A stretch of DNA of 63,192 nucleotides, filler included, from Folioceros fuciformis (lineage: Eukaryota), in the NCBI GenBank assembly GCA_049999805.1. It is 13 parts of 13 records of this genome, joined end to end, with 100 filler letters (N's around TTAATTAATTAA, not from the genome) between each part and the next. Parts side by side here need not be neighbours in the genome. Positions count along the whole stretch, not along the records: positions 61,013 to 63,192 come from JBNGIO010003600.1; 12 more parts are not named here. One strand, 5' to 3'. The position numbers and the translations under genes were made by a program. The notes below the pieces were generated by a model that was not told where the DNA came from, did no database searches, and saw nothing but the letters and a program-made list of their open reading frames with translations. Position 1 is the first letter of the stretch; each line of letters begins with the position of its first letter. Below are positions 61,871-63,192 of the stretch, in pieces.

Positions 61871-62720
61871 GGGGTCATTACATTGCCACCTCATGATACT
61901 ATTCACTAAAGTGTGTTGACAATGGTTTGTTGTGGTGGAAAAACCCTAGGCAATTGTTTGCCAACGGGTTTGACCTTTAGTGGCTACACTTATCCCATTG
62001 TCGTTGAGACATTGGGTTTCGTTCCCACGAAGGAGCGATGGGGTTCCTTGCTGCTATGGATAGAGGGCCGGACTCAATCAACCTGATGACAGATTCAAGG
62101 GCTCCCCTCCAACTCCGATGAGGCGTGGGATAGGCCTCGTCGTTCAGCGGTCGACTACACCTCTCTTGGTGCCCACAAATTCACTCCAGCCACTACAATG
62201 ACATTAACCTCTCAGGTTTGCGACTTCCTTCACTTGCTCCCTCCCTCCGTCACTCCCTCCCTCCCTTGCTCACTCACTCACCATCAACAACAACACCACT
62301 ACCCTCTACACTTCCCTCTTGACTCCCCCACTCGACAAGAGTCACTAGACTAATCCCAAAGAAGAGCATGCCACAACCCACAATCCTACCAAACACCATG
62401 CGAGCATGGTCCGCACTCACTCCAGTCCTACGAGGAAACAAGAATGACAAATCATGGGGCATGGCACGGAGAGCACAATCAAGAATTAAAGGGACCTCAC
62501 CCTTAACCCTAAATCCTCAAACAAGACCTCATCCTCAACCCTAAACCCTCAAACAAGAGCTTAGTTCTCCATGTTCGTTAACTTTGGGGTCTTCATCTAG
62601 CATTCTTTAGTAGATGGGTGTAGTCATCTCATTTCCTCAAGAAAAGCTTTACACTAACAATATCTTTACATCACAAATATGGAGTGTTAAAAAAAAAAAA
62701 ACACAATGATTGTGTATCAT

Positions 62721-63192
62721 TGTGAACCTCCAAAGTTTGGGGTAGTAATTTATTTTGGTTGAAAAAGGGTTAATAGTGGTATGGTTTGGTTTTCTTTTTC
62801 AACTTATTTTCCCTATTTTTTCTTTATTTTATGGTCATTTTTCCTATTTTTCCTATTTTTCTAATTAGGTTAATTGACCAGGAAATAGTTGGTTTGGTTA
62901 TAAGAGTGGGTATAGGTTTGGTCCCAGACCCGGGAAGGTTTAGGTTCGGTACGAGGCCATAGGGTTGGGAAAGTTTGAGTCTAGGTCTGGTGATTAGTTT
63001 AATATTAATTAAAGATATATAATAATATAATAATAGAATAATATTAAATAATAAAATAAGGGTTTGAACAAAGGAACAGGTATCTGGGTATGTTAGTGTC
63101 AGGGGTCAGGGTCTGACGATAGGCTGGCTGATTGCTTGGCTGGCATGAACGGCCATGGAGGCCATGCCCTAGCTAGAGCTAGAGGTAGGGGT
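62721..63192. mobile_element. Repeat family A, copy 4 (inverted)
   Basis: Starts TGTGAACCTCCAAAGTTTGGGG; reverse complement of copy 3. Confidence 0.78.

Noticed and set aside
1..63192. Gene cluster or pathway across the window (e.g. mitochondrial carriers PUMP3 + MPC2, or stress genes)
   Set aside because: Neighbours across the TTAATTAATTAA linkers are artificial; only within-fragment adjacency is meaningful.

Overview
This window is not one contiguous locus. It is 13 unrelated short fragments joined by 12 identical 100-bp linkers (44 N + TTAATTAATTAA + 44 N), with further 100-N scaffold gaps inside fragments. The DNA is nuclear genome of a land plant with compact genes and ~60-150-nt introns. 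It is probably a non-seed plant with flagellated sperm (IFT81, ALDH21-like, long PLS-PPR); hornwort-like is an inference only. GC-rich genes: NAL1-type protease, UCP3/PUMP3, PAS2, MPC2, an SCL3-like GRAS factor with a ~565-aa insertion, Em/LEA1, a PLS-E PPR, a TPR protein, a PWWP protein, Cpn60-beta, an extensin end, a possible SPL N-terminus and tRNA-Leu(AAG). AT-rich genes: IFT81, AP-1 gamma adaptin, a divergent ALDH21-like C-terminus and two single-domain Gnk2/DUF26 proteins. Copia, Gypsy, CACTA and trihelix/Harbinger-like relics, a fold-back element and several minisatellites fill the rest. Best leads: the motif-rich GRAS insertion, a pseudouridine-5'-phosphate glycosidase C-terminus ending in SRL embedded in retroelement-like DNA, the degenerate ALDH21-like gene, a decayed local Cpn60-beta intron-exon copy, and the sharp GC/AT split in gene space. 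I found no multi-gene novel system that the sequence alone can support. All family calls are from recalled motifs, not database searches.
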